Assembly (NCBI GenBank): GCA_010909165.1
Contig: VJWM01000173.1
Location: 434,001 to 498,000, forward strand
Direction of reading: 5' to 3'
Length of the DNA: 64,000 nucleotides
From: Anthoceros angustus
Lineage: Eukaryota > Plantae > Anthocerotophyta
In this document: in pieces, positions 35,829 to 46,937 of the stretch
Numbering within the stretch: position 1 is the stretch's first letter
How the letters are laid out: every line of letters begins with the position of its first letter
Notes under the pieces: model-generated
Database searches by the model: none
Told to the model about the DNA's origin: nothing
Seen by the model: the letters and a program-made list of their open reading frames with translations, nothing else
Program-made: the position numbers and the translations under genes

Positions 35829-38550
35829 GGGGTACTATACTACTGAGAATAACCCTACATCACTAGGCATTTTCGAGAATAGCCCTATATCACTAGGTAT
35901 TTTCGAGAATAGCCCTACTTCAATAGGCATTTTCGAGAATAGCCCTACTTCTTGCACCATCTCCGCACAGAGCGCATGCATCTTCACACACCACAATCAA
36001 ACACATGGACTTCCACGCCAAAAAGCGTACGCATGCATCAACTCGGATCATAGAGTAAAAGCAAGTGCTCGGTTCCTACCAGCCTTCACTACCACCCTTA
36101 GAAGCAGGACTTCGGAGAACAACAAACACGCCCGCTTTGTAGCAGCAATCATTGCACACTCATTACGAACAACCTGACCTTGAAACATCCTCCGCATATT
36201 CCGGTAGAATAACAAACATGTGCACACATGAGATCGAAGGACACAAAATCAAAAACTCCCCTCGAGGGCAGCTACATTGAGTGCGAATGACTGTGATCTT
36301 TGGACTATGAAAACGTACTGATGCGGACCGACATCTTATTACGCCGGTGGTGTGGCACAGTGGGAGTGGCATGGAGCCTTATCCGGTGGCGTGGACTTCT
36401 TCACTCTTAGCTGGTGAATCTGCTGGATCGCCTGTTCAAAATCCAAAAACCCAGCAACATGTTCTTGCAGCTTGCTCCTACAAGCCAGGTTTTCGGCCAA
36501 CTTCTTGTTCACAACATTACAGTGGTCTGTCTTGGCCTTCACACTTTGGCGGACCAGTTCCATGGTGCATCGTTTTGTTTCTGAGTCCAACCCACCGCCA
36601 TTGAGCACAAGGTCTGCTAGCTGGACCTTTGTCAAGTCCGGATCCTTCAAGGCATCCTCCCCGCCTTAGCAAGCTTTGACTCCTCATCGCGCCTCCAAGT
36701 CCTTCTTCACACGAAGCCACGGTAAATCACCTCCATTGGAGCCCATGGTGAGGCCACTTTTCTCACGGTCATATGTCTTACCTTTCAATGGACGTCGTGG
36801 TCCTTCTCCGTCAAGCTCGCCACAACTTTCGACGAGGACAATGGCTCCTTGTCAATCAATTGCTTTTCCTTTGTTGGCAGAGAGCAGCTCCAAACTTTGT
36901 TGGGGACGGGTCGTGTGGCCTCCCGTGGGCTCCTGCGAACAGGGGAGTTTCCCTCCAGACATGGAACGGCCAGCCCCCCTGCACCAAGCTTCACAGCTGG
37001 TGGAGCATCATCAGCTGCATCCGAGCCCTCATCTTCCTCACCTCCACCTTCCTCGTCCCCAGCATCGTCACTCCCATCTTTACACTTCCGTTGTTTCTTC
37101 TTCATCTGAAGCTTGTCCCAATAAGCTTGCCAGTTCACCCTTTTACCGAGCAGTTTCTCCACCAACACACCAACAGCAAGGTTTCGAGGAACCCTCTCAC
37201 AAGACAAGCTAGGCGCCTGCATAACTGTACACCAAGTCATCGATGTTCCTCCATTCTTCCACGAGAAATTAGTAGTCCCTAGAAGGTAGCCATCATTTGC
37301 TCCGGAAGGCCTCCAAAGTACCTAGCCAAAACATCCGACCCACCCACACGCTTCCTTAAGCCCAATTGCTGTGTTCTCATCCCGCACATTCACCAACAAG
37401 GTTTGAGGAACCCTCATGCGCACAAGCTAGGCAGCGCCCGTACAATCCACCAAGTCATCGATGTTCCTCCATTCTTCCAGACGATGAAATTAGTAGTCCC
37501 TAGAAGGTAGCCATCATTTGCTCCGGAAGGCCTCCAAAGTACCTAGCCAAAACATCCGGCCACCCACACGTTCCTTAAGCCCAATTGCGAGGTTCTCATC
37601 CGCACATTCACAGCGGATAGAACCGCATCCCCGAGTGCCAATTCCACGGCGGCTCGCTCTCAAGAGATGTCGACTTGCAAGGCTGCGGTCACTCTCTCGC
37701 CAAGGGTGGCAGCCCTCTGCCTCCTTACGTTCCTACTCTCCCTTGGGCGTGATGCCTCCCTGCCACCATCCTCACTGCAGATCTTGCCATAGCCGCCGCC
37801 TCCCCGCAAAGCCACACTGCCTCCCTCCACCCCGCCAAGTGGTTCACCCATGGATTCCGCCCACACACCCACACACAAGCCCCACCAACCCAAACTAGCA
37901 CTTGAGCACCCAAAACGCCTCACGGGCGCCACACTAGCACCCTCCTAGGTAGCAAACAAAACCGTGTTAGAAACGACCTCCAAAAGCAAGCAATCCAATC
38001 GAAATCCAGCCCTACGCCTGCCACCCACAAACGAATCTAAGCTCGCCACACTTCCGGCTTCCACGCCACGCAATCGATTCTGCACACGAAGCGCCGGCCT
38101 CCACGACGCGCCCACGCCACAAACGTCTGCTCACATGAAGAGTCCGCCTCAAAACACTCGCTTTGCAAAACCAAAGACCTAATCAACACATGTGGTCGCG
38201 TCGCACGCTGCAACATTCAAATAGTGGACAAGGGTACTTAGTCACCGAAATTGTCATTTGTCCCACCGCTAATTCTGTAATAATGGCAATGATATATGCT
38301 ATGCATGTTTTATGGAGAAAAAATTCAACAAAATTCTCCTCCCAAAACGTATTGTACACTAAAATTGAGATCAATTTGACGATATTTTTGCATAAAACAT
38401 ATTCCATGTAACTCGAACATGCCAACCGGGACGGCGCTTCCGTGGTTGTGGTCACCATACTGTGCTTAGACCCTCAATAGGCATTTTCGAGAATAGCCCT
38501 ATATCACTAGGCATTTTCGAGAATAGTACTACATCATAATGCATTTTTAA
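35829..38550 (-). mobile_element. Mutator-like (MULE) non-autonomous element with 30 bp quasi-palindromic terminal arrays and a decayed cargo ORF
   Basis: taggcattttcgagaatagcccta units at 35845-35950 (about 3.5 copies) and 38475-38530 (2 copies); internal minus-strand ORF pieces (GKRVNWQAYW, coiled coil, Cys/His-rich end); no transposase seen. Confidence 0.55.
37170..37612. repeat. ~220 bp tandem duplication within the MULE-like cargo
   Basis: caccaagtcatcgatgttcctccattcttcca...gtacctagccaaaacatccg at 37230 and 37448. Confidence 0.9.
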
Positions 38551-39542
38551 AACCCGGATTTCATGGGATATTGGAAATCGGATATCATCAAGTAAAAGGT
38601 TACAATCAGGTAGAGAGTTACAACCGAGGCAAGAGTTATAACCCCAAAAGGATTCAGAATGGTTACAATCGAGGCGAGAATTATAACTCCAAAAGGATGT
38701 AGACCACAAATTAATTATAACCACAAAAGGGTTACGTCACGTCCGGTAGCAGTGCCCGTCGGCATGTTTTGTAGTTTGAAGCCCCACGGTGGCCGGCTCT
38801 GGCCATTGTCGACATCATCAATAATTTAATTATGTTAATAATTTAGTGCTTGCTGATAGTCTATATTGGTCACACTTGTTCCTTCCAATATATCTAGTTT
38901 TTTGCACATCAAATAGAAGGTGGGAATGCATTTGGTAGTAGCCAGTAAGAAGCAATAAGTGCCAGATTCCCAGCAATCTAGGACCTTTCCAATTCACTCC
39001 GGAATAAAGACTTGCACAACTCTCGGTGCTCTCAATCTCACCATGCAGCACTAGGCTCCAAGTAGCCCGCCGTCAACTGACGACTCATAGGCCACCTCTT
39101 CGAGGTGCTGCTCTTTATTCACAAAAGACACACTTGAGTCTCGCTATCTACGCCCAAATGGCTATTGCCCTTGACTCAACAACAAGCTCACTTGCTAGGT
39201 TCTTCACAGCTTTCTCAACACAAGGCTTGCAGTGCTCAATGAACTAACTGATCCTAAGCTCTTGGTCTAGCCCTTATATATCTCGCTAGCTCGCCGCAAT
39301 TAGGCAGCTACTAGCCTAGGGGATTCTTGTAGACCACCCATCACCAAGATCTCTAGGCTCTTCATTAGAGGCTGCAGCAATTCCTCTGTAATAGGAGATT
39401 GCATGAAGCATGTAACACATGCATCTTCTCTTTTAACTTTTTATCTTTCTACCTTGTTTCACCAGTACTGTTACTCTTTCCCCCACGGGAAGATGTCCTT
39501 GTTCTCAATGACATCACCTCAATGTCAATGTTCTCAATGACG

Positions 39543-39642
39543 TGTAATGTGAGATCATCTATGATCCTTGTTACACATCTTCAAGTGAAACCTGTAATGT
39601 GAGATCATCTATGATCCTTGTTACACATCTTCAAGTGAAACC
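39543..39642. repeat. Exact 50 bp tandem duplication
   Basis: tgtaatgtgagatcatctatgatccttgttacacatcttcaagtgaaacc occurs twice. Confidence 0.95.
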
Positions 39643-41695
39643 CAGACACGATCTGCAAAACCACGAAGCCTTACTGGATACTCTGGTACTTAACCAAGAA
39701 CAGCAGGTGCTTCTCTCTCTACCAGGAATTCAACAATCTTTTTGCAGTCCATGAGGTCTGTGCTGAACCAGGATGACATACTCCTTCCTCTTCATATTCT
39801 CATTCTCTTTCCAAATCAAAAATGGTTTCAGCAAAGAGACATGAAACACATAATGAGAGAAGATACAGTCATGTAGTTATAGTTTATAAGCCACATTTCC
39901 AATGCGCTTTAGAACTAAAGAAAGGTCCTCCATACTTAGACCTGAATTTTGAGGTCAACCCTTGTGGTAGTGGGCAATTCTTACACAAGGCTCAAACTTA
40001 CACACTTTGTGATACTTATAAAAAGCCAAGTCTCAAAGAAATTCTTATCGTTTTTTTTTTTCAGTATCCTAAAATCAGTTTTAAGTTTTATTAAACCTAA
40101 GATATAACAGTTAAAAGTAATCTTTATCTATAAAAGCATTATTCAACCAAGGCATATATTAAAATACTTCTAATCGCAACTAGAGCTCAATAGATAACAT
40201 GGAGATATGCATAGAGGACCCCAATAACCCTTTCCCGCAACAAGAGGGTTATGTGGGATTACTATCACATGCAAGCTTCCACTTGGGCATGTCTACGAGA
40301 AATACCAAGTTGAAAAATTATGTGATTGATATTTACCACAGATTCTGTATGTGACTACTCCCAGCTCTTCGAAACCTGCCACGTCGTCCAACTTGGTGGC
40401 ACTTCCTTCTTCATCAGCTGGTCTTAGGAGCCTGGAGTCAAGTTAACAAGGCCTATGTGTGGAAGAAGTTGCAACGTTCTCCAGGTGCAGTCCAGCCTTG
40501 CTATTCTGCAGCATTTAGCCAGGTTTCTGAGCACAGCTTAACTGCCCGCTGTTCAGCAGCTTTGTGGGCATTGCCATTCACCGTCCAGGTCAGTCCACCA
40601 ACCCTGGCCTGGCTGCTGTGAAGGCTGTGGGTTAGAGCGGCCTTGTCAACTACCTTTACGCCCGTATACATGGTGTGGTCATACAAAGTACCTGGGCATT
40701 CTGCCGTAGTCTGGTGTTCGACCCATATTCCTACAGCGGTCCCTGGACCATGGCCACAGGATGGCAACCAGACCCCTTGTGAACCCAACAAATTGGTGTG
40801 TGTACCAGGAAGCTACATTTTGGCTGACCATGTTACCTTTGCTTGCCTTCCGAAGGCTGTGGGAGCACTGGTGCCTTATGTACAGAAGGAGGTCACTGTG
40901 GTTGCACGATCTGGCTGGGTCACGAAGATCAGGGATCGGGGGTGCCAGCCTGGAATTTGGCGCAGATTCGATCGAATCGGGTCCGCGCTTGCCGGATTCA
41001 GCTTGTAGCAAGTTTTTGCAAACTTCTCGTTCTGTGGCTGTGGAAGAAGAGCTGCTAAGCTGCAGGGCGGCCGGGTCCTGAGGATCGATGCTGGTCGCGG
41101 CATCGCCAATTCATTCCGTGCGAGAGGGGATTAAGGGTGGTCCTGCCTGCCAGTAGCTGTGGATGCGCATGGTGTCTCCGGACAAGGTAAATTCCAACAT
41201 CCCTGCGACACTTCGCAACTTCACTTGCAGAGACGAGGGCAGTTGAAGGCATCTCATGAGGTACTTTATTAGAAGTCATTCTGGAGTTTGGACAGTCAGA
41301 AACGGGCATTGCAGGTACGAAACCCGGTCTACATCGCCGACCCTTAGCTTCCTTCCTTCAACTGGCCAGGTTTGTGGACGGCTGCGAAATCCCGCGACAT
41401 ATGGATAGCGCCTGGGCTTTCTCAGCGCTCTCTGATACGAGACACGCGTTGCATTGTGTTTTTTTTGTGTCGTGGTCCATTAGCATCATGTTCATCTCTA
41501 AAGAAAATTCACGAAGGATTTAGATTATAAATAATTCTAGAAGTTTTATGTTCCTACCATTTCAAATGTATTCTAAAGACTAAATCCTCTTTACCAGTAC
41601 CGTCTAAAACCAAATCTTCGATCATAACTTTCACCAAACTTTTACAAAATTCAAATTTGTACAAGGCTTACTTTCGGCCTTTGCGGATCGATGCA

Positions 41696-44609
41696 TTACC
41701 CTTCCAACTTTTTTAGCATTTGTAAAATGGCCGAGTGTTGAGCTAATAACATTTTAGGCTTTGGATCGCCGGTGCATTCCATCTTATCACATTGAGGTAT
41801 ATCAATATTCACCATATATGTAAACCTGTATAAGTATAACAAAAAAATTATTTGGTATAATAAATAGATATTAAAACTGTATTAGTTTTTCAAATAACTT
41901 CAAATCTTACTTTTTGCAATTTGGAGGACCTTCTTCTTTGAAAAGTTTGATTTTAGGTTGTCCATATTTCATGTGAGAACACAACTCCTTCAATTTTTCC
42001 AAATCAGGTCGAAGTGTCCCTATCAATTGCCGACGTTGCATATTGCCTGCAAAGAGTTCAATTGGATAAACTAGAATATTTAAATTTATTTACAAACAAA
42101 TGACAAAGTCAAGACAAGAAAGACAAAAGTGTGAACATTACGGTGCATTCTTGAATTCTCCTTCTTACAATTTGCTAAGCTCTAACACATTAGAAAACAA
42201 GAGATTAGTAATTCATGATTAGCTTTACAAACATCTAAAAAAACTGTGCAAAAGACTCACTAGAATGTACCTCCAAGTGTGGTAGTATCTTTTCTGCTAA
42301 ATTTGTACGTGCCATCTTTCGACTTGATGAGGGAACTGATTTCTCCGTCAATAAAGGATCATGTGGCCTCTTTGGATCAATTAAAACTCCCACAGCCATC
42401 TTCAGGCTAGTACCGGCCACATTTTCAAACTTTATAACAAAGTTGATACCTTTTTCTTGACATGCCTCCTGAACAAGACGAACTGGGTTCATCGGCAAGT
42501 CTTCCACTTTGGAACTTGTGATACTATCAATAAGTGGACGTAAAATCGTTTGCACTTTCTCTTCGTCAAACTGCATATCCCAAAATATTGCTCCAATGAC
42601 AGTTTCTAAGTAGTCTGCACATACCTACATCATAAAACATGTCTTGCTTCAATATGTAGCACAAAAACAAAAAAAATTCAAATTTTTCTTAACGAATACT
42701 ATAAAATAAGCTTACTTGATGTCTTTTTGAAGTACCCCATGTAATGCTTGTTGTTCCTCTTGCACGGTGATCATTGACAATATCATTGTAGTGCTCTATT
42801 TTGTGACTGAAACATTGCGCTATACCCTTGTCCACAAATACATTTGCCAAGTGTCCATTGTTTACTGCTGTAGCTCTCAAGTCAGTTAATTTCCCAGAAT
42901 CTTCGTTTGGATATGCTTGAACCAGATGTTTGGATACTAGGAAGCTAAGCACAGTGTCACCCAAAAACTCCAAGCGATCCATATACTGCAACCATAAAGA
43001 TTAGTTTTGTTAACATTTTATGAGTAATACTGTGATTATTGAACATAGCGAATTACTCAAAACAATCAATGTGCATCATAAACTACAACATAAAGGTAAA
43101 CAAGTCAAGCTTTTGTAGGAATAAGATTAAATAAGATTGGGGTTAAAGTTCATAACCTGAATTTGTCGGTCACTTGAAGGCCCATAAATATCTCGTACAA
43201 TGACCTTATGATGAAATCGATATTTCAATGCACACTCCAGTCTCTTTACATCCTTTTCTATGTCTCTAAATTGTGGAGGGGATTCAATTCGCATTTCTTT
43301 TCTTGCTGTTGCATAGAACAACACACAAGTCATGTTAATAAGGCTATAAAAGGAATTTATTCAATGTGTTTGAAGATATGATCACAAAATTTAGTATAAT
43401 TTGAATAAAAAGAATAGTTGGATGCATTACATTGCATGTTAGAAGTTTTTCTTCTAAAATCCGGTAAACTCTACATCATAACACTTGTCTGTAATAATTA
43501 GCACATATTTGAAAGGTCAATCAGTAAACATATTACGAATTGAAATTAAATACAATATAAGTACCTTTAGTTGTGGTAGCATACTTTCTGCGAGATTAAT
43601 CCTTGCTGTTTTCTTACCAACATGCGGGTGTGATTCGTTGCGCATTACAATATGTGAAGACCCGTCTTCCATTGTCACGACCCTTCCTTTAGCCTTTGTG
43701 GTTCCATCATCTAAAACTTCCCACTCTACCTTCCATAAGAGACCTTTCTGCTGGCATATCTCTTGAGCCGTGCGAACTGGATTTTGTGGCAAGTTCTTTG
43801 GATTGAACTTCTCTATTCGTGAATACAGTGGTTTGATAATCCTTTTCACCTCCTGAATGTTGTAGTTACTGTCGACATATATTACTCCAAGAATACTTTC
43901 ATAATAGTTGGCAAAAATCTACATATATAATAAAAATAATATCAGTATCAAATAAACATATGGACTTGTCATTAATAATACAAGATGAATTCATTATACC
44001 AACAAAAAGATACATACATGTTGTCGTTTCATTGTACCCCATGGTGTATGATCTTCTTCTACCGGAAGAATAAGTTGCTCCACAAGTGTATCATAATCAG
44101 GGAATCTATGACGGAAGCATTCAGCAATACCTTCAAATATACAAATACTAGCAAAGTGAAGATCTTTAACATGTCCGTCATAACCCCAAACACAAAGGCA
44201 TTTCGCAATACATTCAAGCATGAATACAAAGTATCTAACAGTACCTTGTTTCACACAAATAGTAGCCAAGTGGCCATTATTCACAGCTGCTGCCCGCATA
44301 TCAGTTAATATGCCAGAATGTACGGCTGGAAATTGGTCATAGAAGAATGTTGAGATTAAGAAACTCAACACAAAATCCCCTACAAACTCATATCGCTTAA
44401 GCAACTGCAATCAAACAAACTCATACTTAAGGAAAAATAAATATTATTATTATTATTATTACAAAATAAAGTGAAAAATGTCAATATACCTTCGTATTCT
44501 CTTTATTCTGCGGTTCGAAGAAAGTTTTATGCACAAATAGTGCATCTTTGAAATAATAATCAAGTATCTCCTGTAGGGGCATAATATCATCCATAACTTT
44601 TCTCGCCAT
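41696..44609 (-). CDS. RNase III-like (RTL-type) protein, RIII-dsRBD-RIII-dsRBD-dsRBD, ~621 aa, 11 exons
   Basis: GT-AG exons 44609-44490, 44404-44245, 44130-44018, 43918-43565, 43470-43431, 43305-43157, 42985-42716, 42624-42271, 42181-42142, 42046-41911 and 41825-41696 join in frame without stops (1866 nt). Motifs KRYEFVGD/ANYYES and DRLEFLGD/ADYLET; dsRBDs NPVRTAQEICQQKG, NPVRLVQEACQEKG and LKELCSHMKYGQP...EEGPPNCKKF...ECTGDP. Start and stop are provisional (acceptor at 44627, possible donor near 41670). Confidence 0.88.
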
Positions 44610-45065
44610 AATGTCATCTATATTGACCTAAGACATATGTAGTGATTAATTGAGTGTCTAGCATTACATATATAGAACAAACTTATGTCTTTCATTCGAC
44701 GATGGGATGCAAATAGTCGCTCACTTAGTTTTTTGTTTTTGTTTCAAGTTGATATGAAGATGTATTATCACTGATTAAAACTATTTTTTTTCTCATTTAT
44801 GACCGAATCAATTGGCTAGTGTTTCACTACCTTAATCTTTAGTTTCAATGAAAGGTACCTAGACGTTAACTCTATATTCACTTTTCTTAATTATGCACAC
44901 CATAGATTGTACTTTAAATCCTAATTTAACTTGTCTTTTTAATAGAAGAACATAGAGAGTACGAGACTATCCTAGAGAATATATTAGTCTAAGTAAAGTG
45001 CAAGCATGATAGGTTCACTCATATTGGCTCTCCAATCTGCACTCATGGTGGCTCTTATCATGCCG

Positions 45066-46560
45066 TGTGACACTAATATGAGCGCTTTGGGTTTAATGTT
45101 TGATTAGTGTTAATTAATCTAATTAGTTATCTTTAAGTAGTTAGTATTAATTAATCCTAAGTGCATATGTTAATAGGCTAAAGGAGAGGCCCAAGTCCCA
45201 AGGCTTAAAGCCTAGAGAGGGGACCAAGGCCAAAGAAGAGGCCCAAGTCTCAAGGCTTGAAGCTAAGAAAAGGGACCCAAGGCACAAGGAGAGGCCCAAG
45301 TCCCAATGCTTGAGGCCAAGAAGAAGAAGGAGAAGAAACCCAAGTCCAAGAAGAGGAATGAGACCTCCCCAAGGAAGATTGCCCCTTTAAGGCCAACCAG
45401 CCAAGGGAGAAAGAAGAGTAGAATACTCTTGGGCGCTTGGAAGCCGGATTTCAAGGCGATAAGGAAGGAGAGGATAGCATTTGGTAAATTATTCATCCAT
45501 TCGCATTGGCTATCCATTCAAAACTCCAAGTTGATTAGCACCCCATCCTAATACTGATCCATTCCCAAGGTGCTTAATTGTGGAGTTCTCATAGGACGGT
45601 ATCCAACTCTGACACTCATCTAAACTCCTTGCACGTCCAAAAGAAATTGAAAAGTACTTGTATGGTGTTTAGGCACGCAACCCATAGATACTTAGAGGTT
45701 TCACTAATCACGATCTAAGCGACTGGAGAATGTTAACCTTGATTGAGGGTTGTGACATAGCCACTAACCACCTTGGAGTGCATGCCTGTACATACTCGAT
45801 CCAAATGGAGCTACCAACCAGCCAATCCACCGGAGTGAATTCGAAGTCTCGACCAAGAGAGAAAAGTATGAACACCTCGATTTTGGTGCCAGCAAAGGAC
45901 GCACAAGAACTCAGCGACTCAATCAGCAATCTTTGAAGGATATGTGAGTGGAAACACACAAGACACGTCGGTGCCGTTGGGACAACTCAACCAAAGCGAC
46001 AGCGAAGAGGACTAGTCTTTAGGAGTCGTCAAGATGGGAGGAGACAAGGATCGAATGGAGTTGTTCATGGGACGAGCAGGCACCTTGCCATTGGAGGACT
46101 TCATCGAAAAAGCACTTGGTGCCACTACTCCGTTTGCACTGGTTCCTGCCGCAAGTGTCCCAGTTTCTACTGCAGGTGTACTACTTCCTATGGAGCTCGA
46201 ACTGCTACTCACTAGTCCTCCAGATGTGCTGCTCAACAACCTCGGCTTGTGCTCCCAATAGCACGCCAATGCTTCGTCCCCCAAGTACTTCGGCATTTGA
46301 ATGAAGCCGTATCGCTTCGGGTATCCAGTCTTCAATTCCATCTTGGCACATATCGCACCAGATCCCATTGAAGGGATGTTTGACATCTTTCAGCTGGAGC
46401 TTCCTGCAAGCACGGATGGGAAGATCTCCGAGTTGACACACTTCAAGCTGAAGTCAGGCGAGACTCTGAAGATGGCTTACCGAAGAATCAACCAGTTGGT
46501 TTGTGACACTAAGATCATGAGTGACTGACTAGCTGCAGAGAAGTACTTGCAGACATTGCC
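45066..46560 (+). mobile_element. Decayed gypsy-like element: LTR-like region and gag fragment
   Basis: LTR-like repeats (gaggcccaagtc x3, 45186-45302); PBS-like ggtgccgttgg near 45970; gag-like KISELTHFKLKSGETLKMAYRRINQL. Confidence 0.5.
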
Positions 46561-46937
46561 ATATGTGGTCGCCGCCAACTCCTTCTCCGCACATCTTGGC
46601 AGGGTCCGGGAGGCGAGGAGTCAAGGCGCCCGCTTCTCCGTGAGGGAGATAGGGGTAGCTCGGGGTGGGGTTCCCCTGGCGCCTTGGCGGCATCGCTCGC
46701 CTCCTCATCGCCTCTCCCGCCACTCCGTTGGCAAAGGTAAGGGCACAGGAGCTGTCCTTGGGACGGTGGAATTGGGCGCCTGTTTCCTCTTCTTCGCTTC
46801 CTCCCCGAGGCTCGGCGGCAGTGGGAGGCGTTGCGGGCGGGCGACGGCCACCATCTCCATCCCCGTCGTGATAGCCCCTGGGGATGGCTGTTCTGGTGGG
46901 GGAACCAAGAGAAGGGAAGCGGGAATATCCTCCCATA

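Noticed and set aside
35845-35950. 30 bp quasi-palindromic repeats resembling a CRISPR array
   Set aside because: The units are head to tail with only ~6 variable bases, there are no unique spacers or cas genes, and the context is eukaryotic. Transposon terminal repeats explain them better.
38728-38796. tRNA-Lys-like stretch (gccccacggtgg)
   Set aside because: Only ~12 nt match the 3' arm and no cloverleaf forms; at most a relic.
39660-39830. Chromodomain-like peptide on the minus strand (KRLLNSW...FLVKY)
   Set aside because: Short, several stops and a weak match.
41696-44609. Calling the gene a Dicer (DCL) or naming it RTL3
   Set aside because: A dsRBD separates the two RNase III domains and no helicase or PAZ is visible. 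Orthology to RTL3 cannot be shown without a tree.
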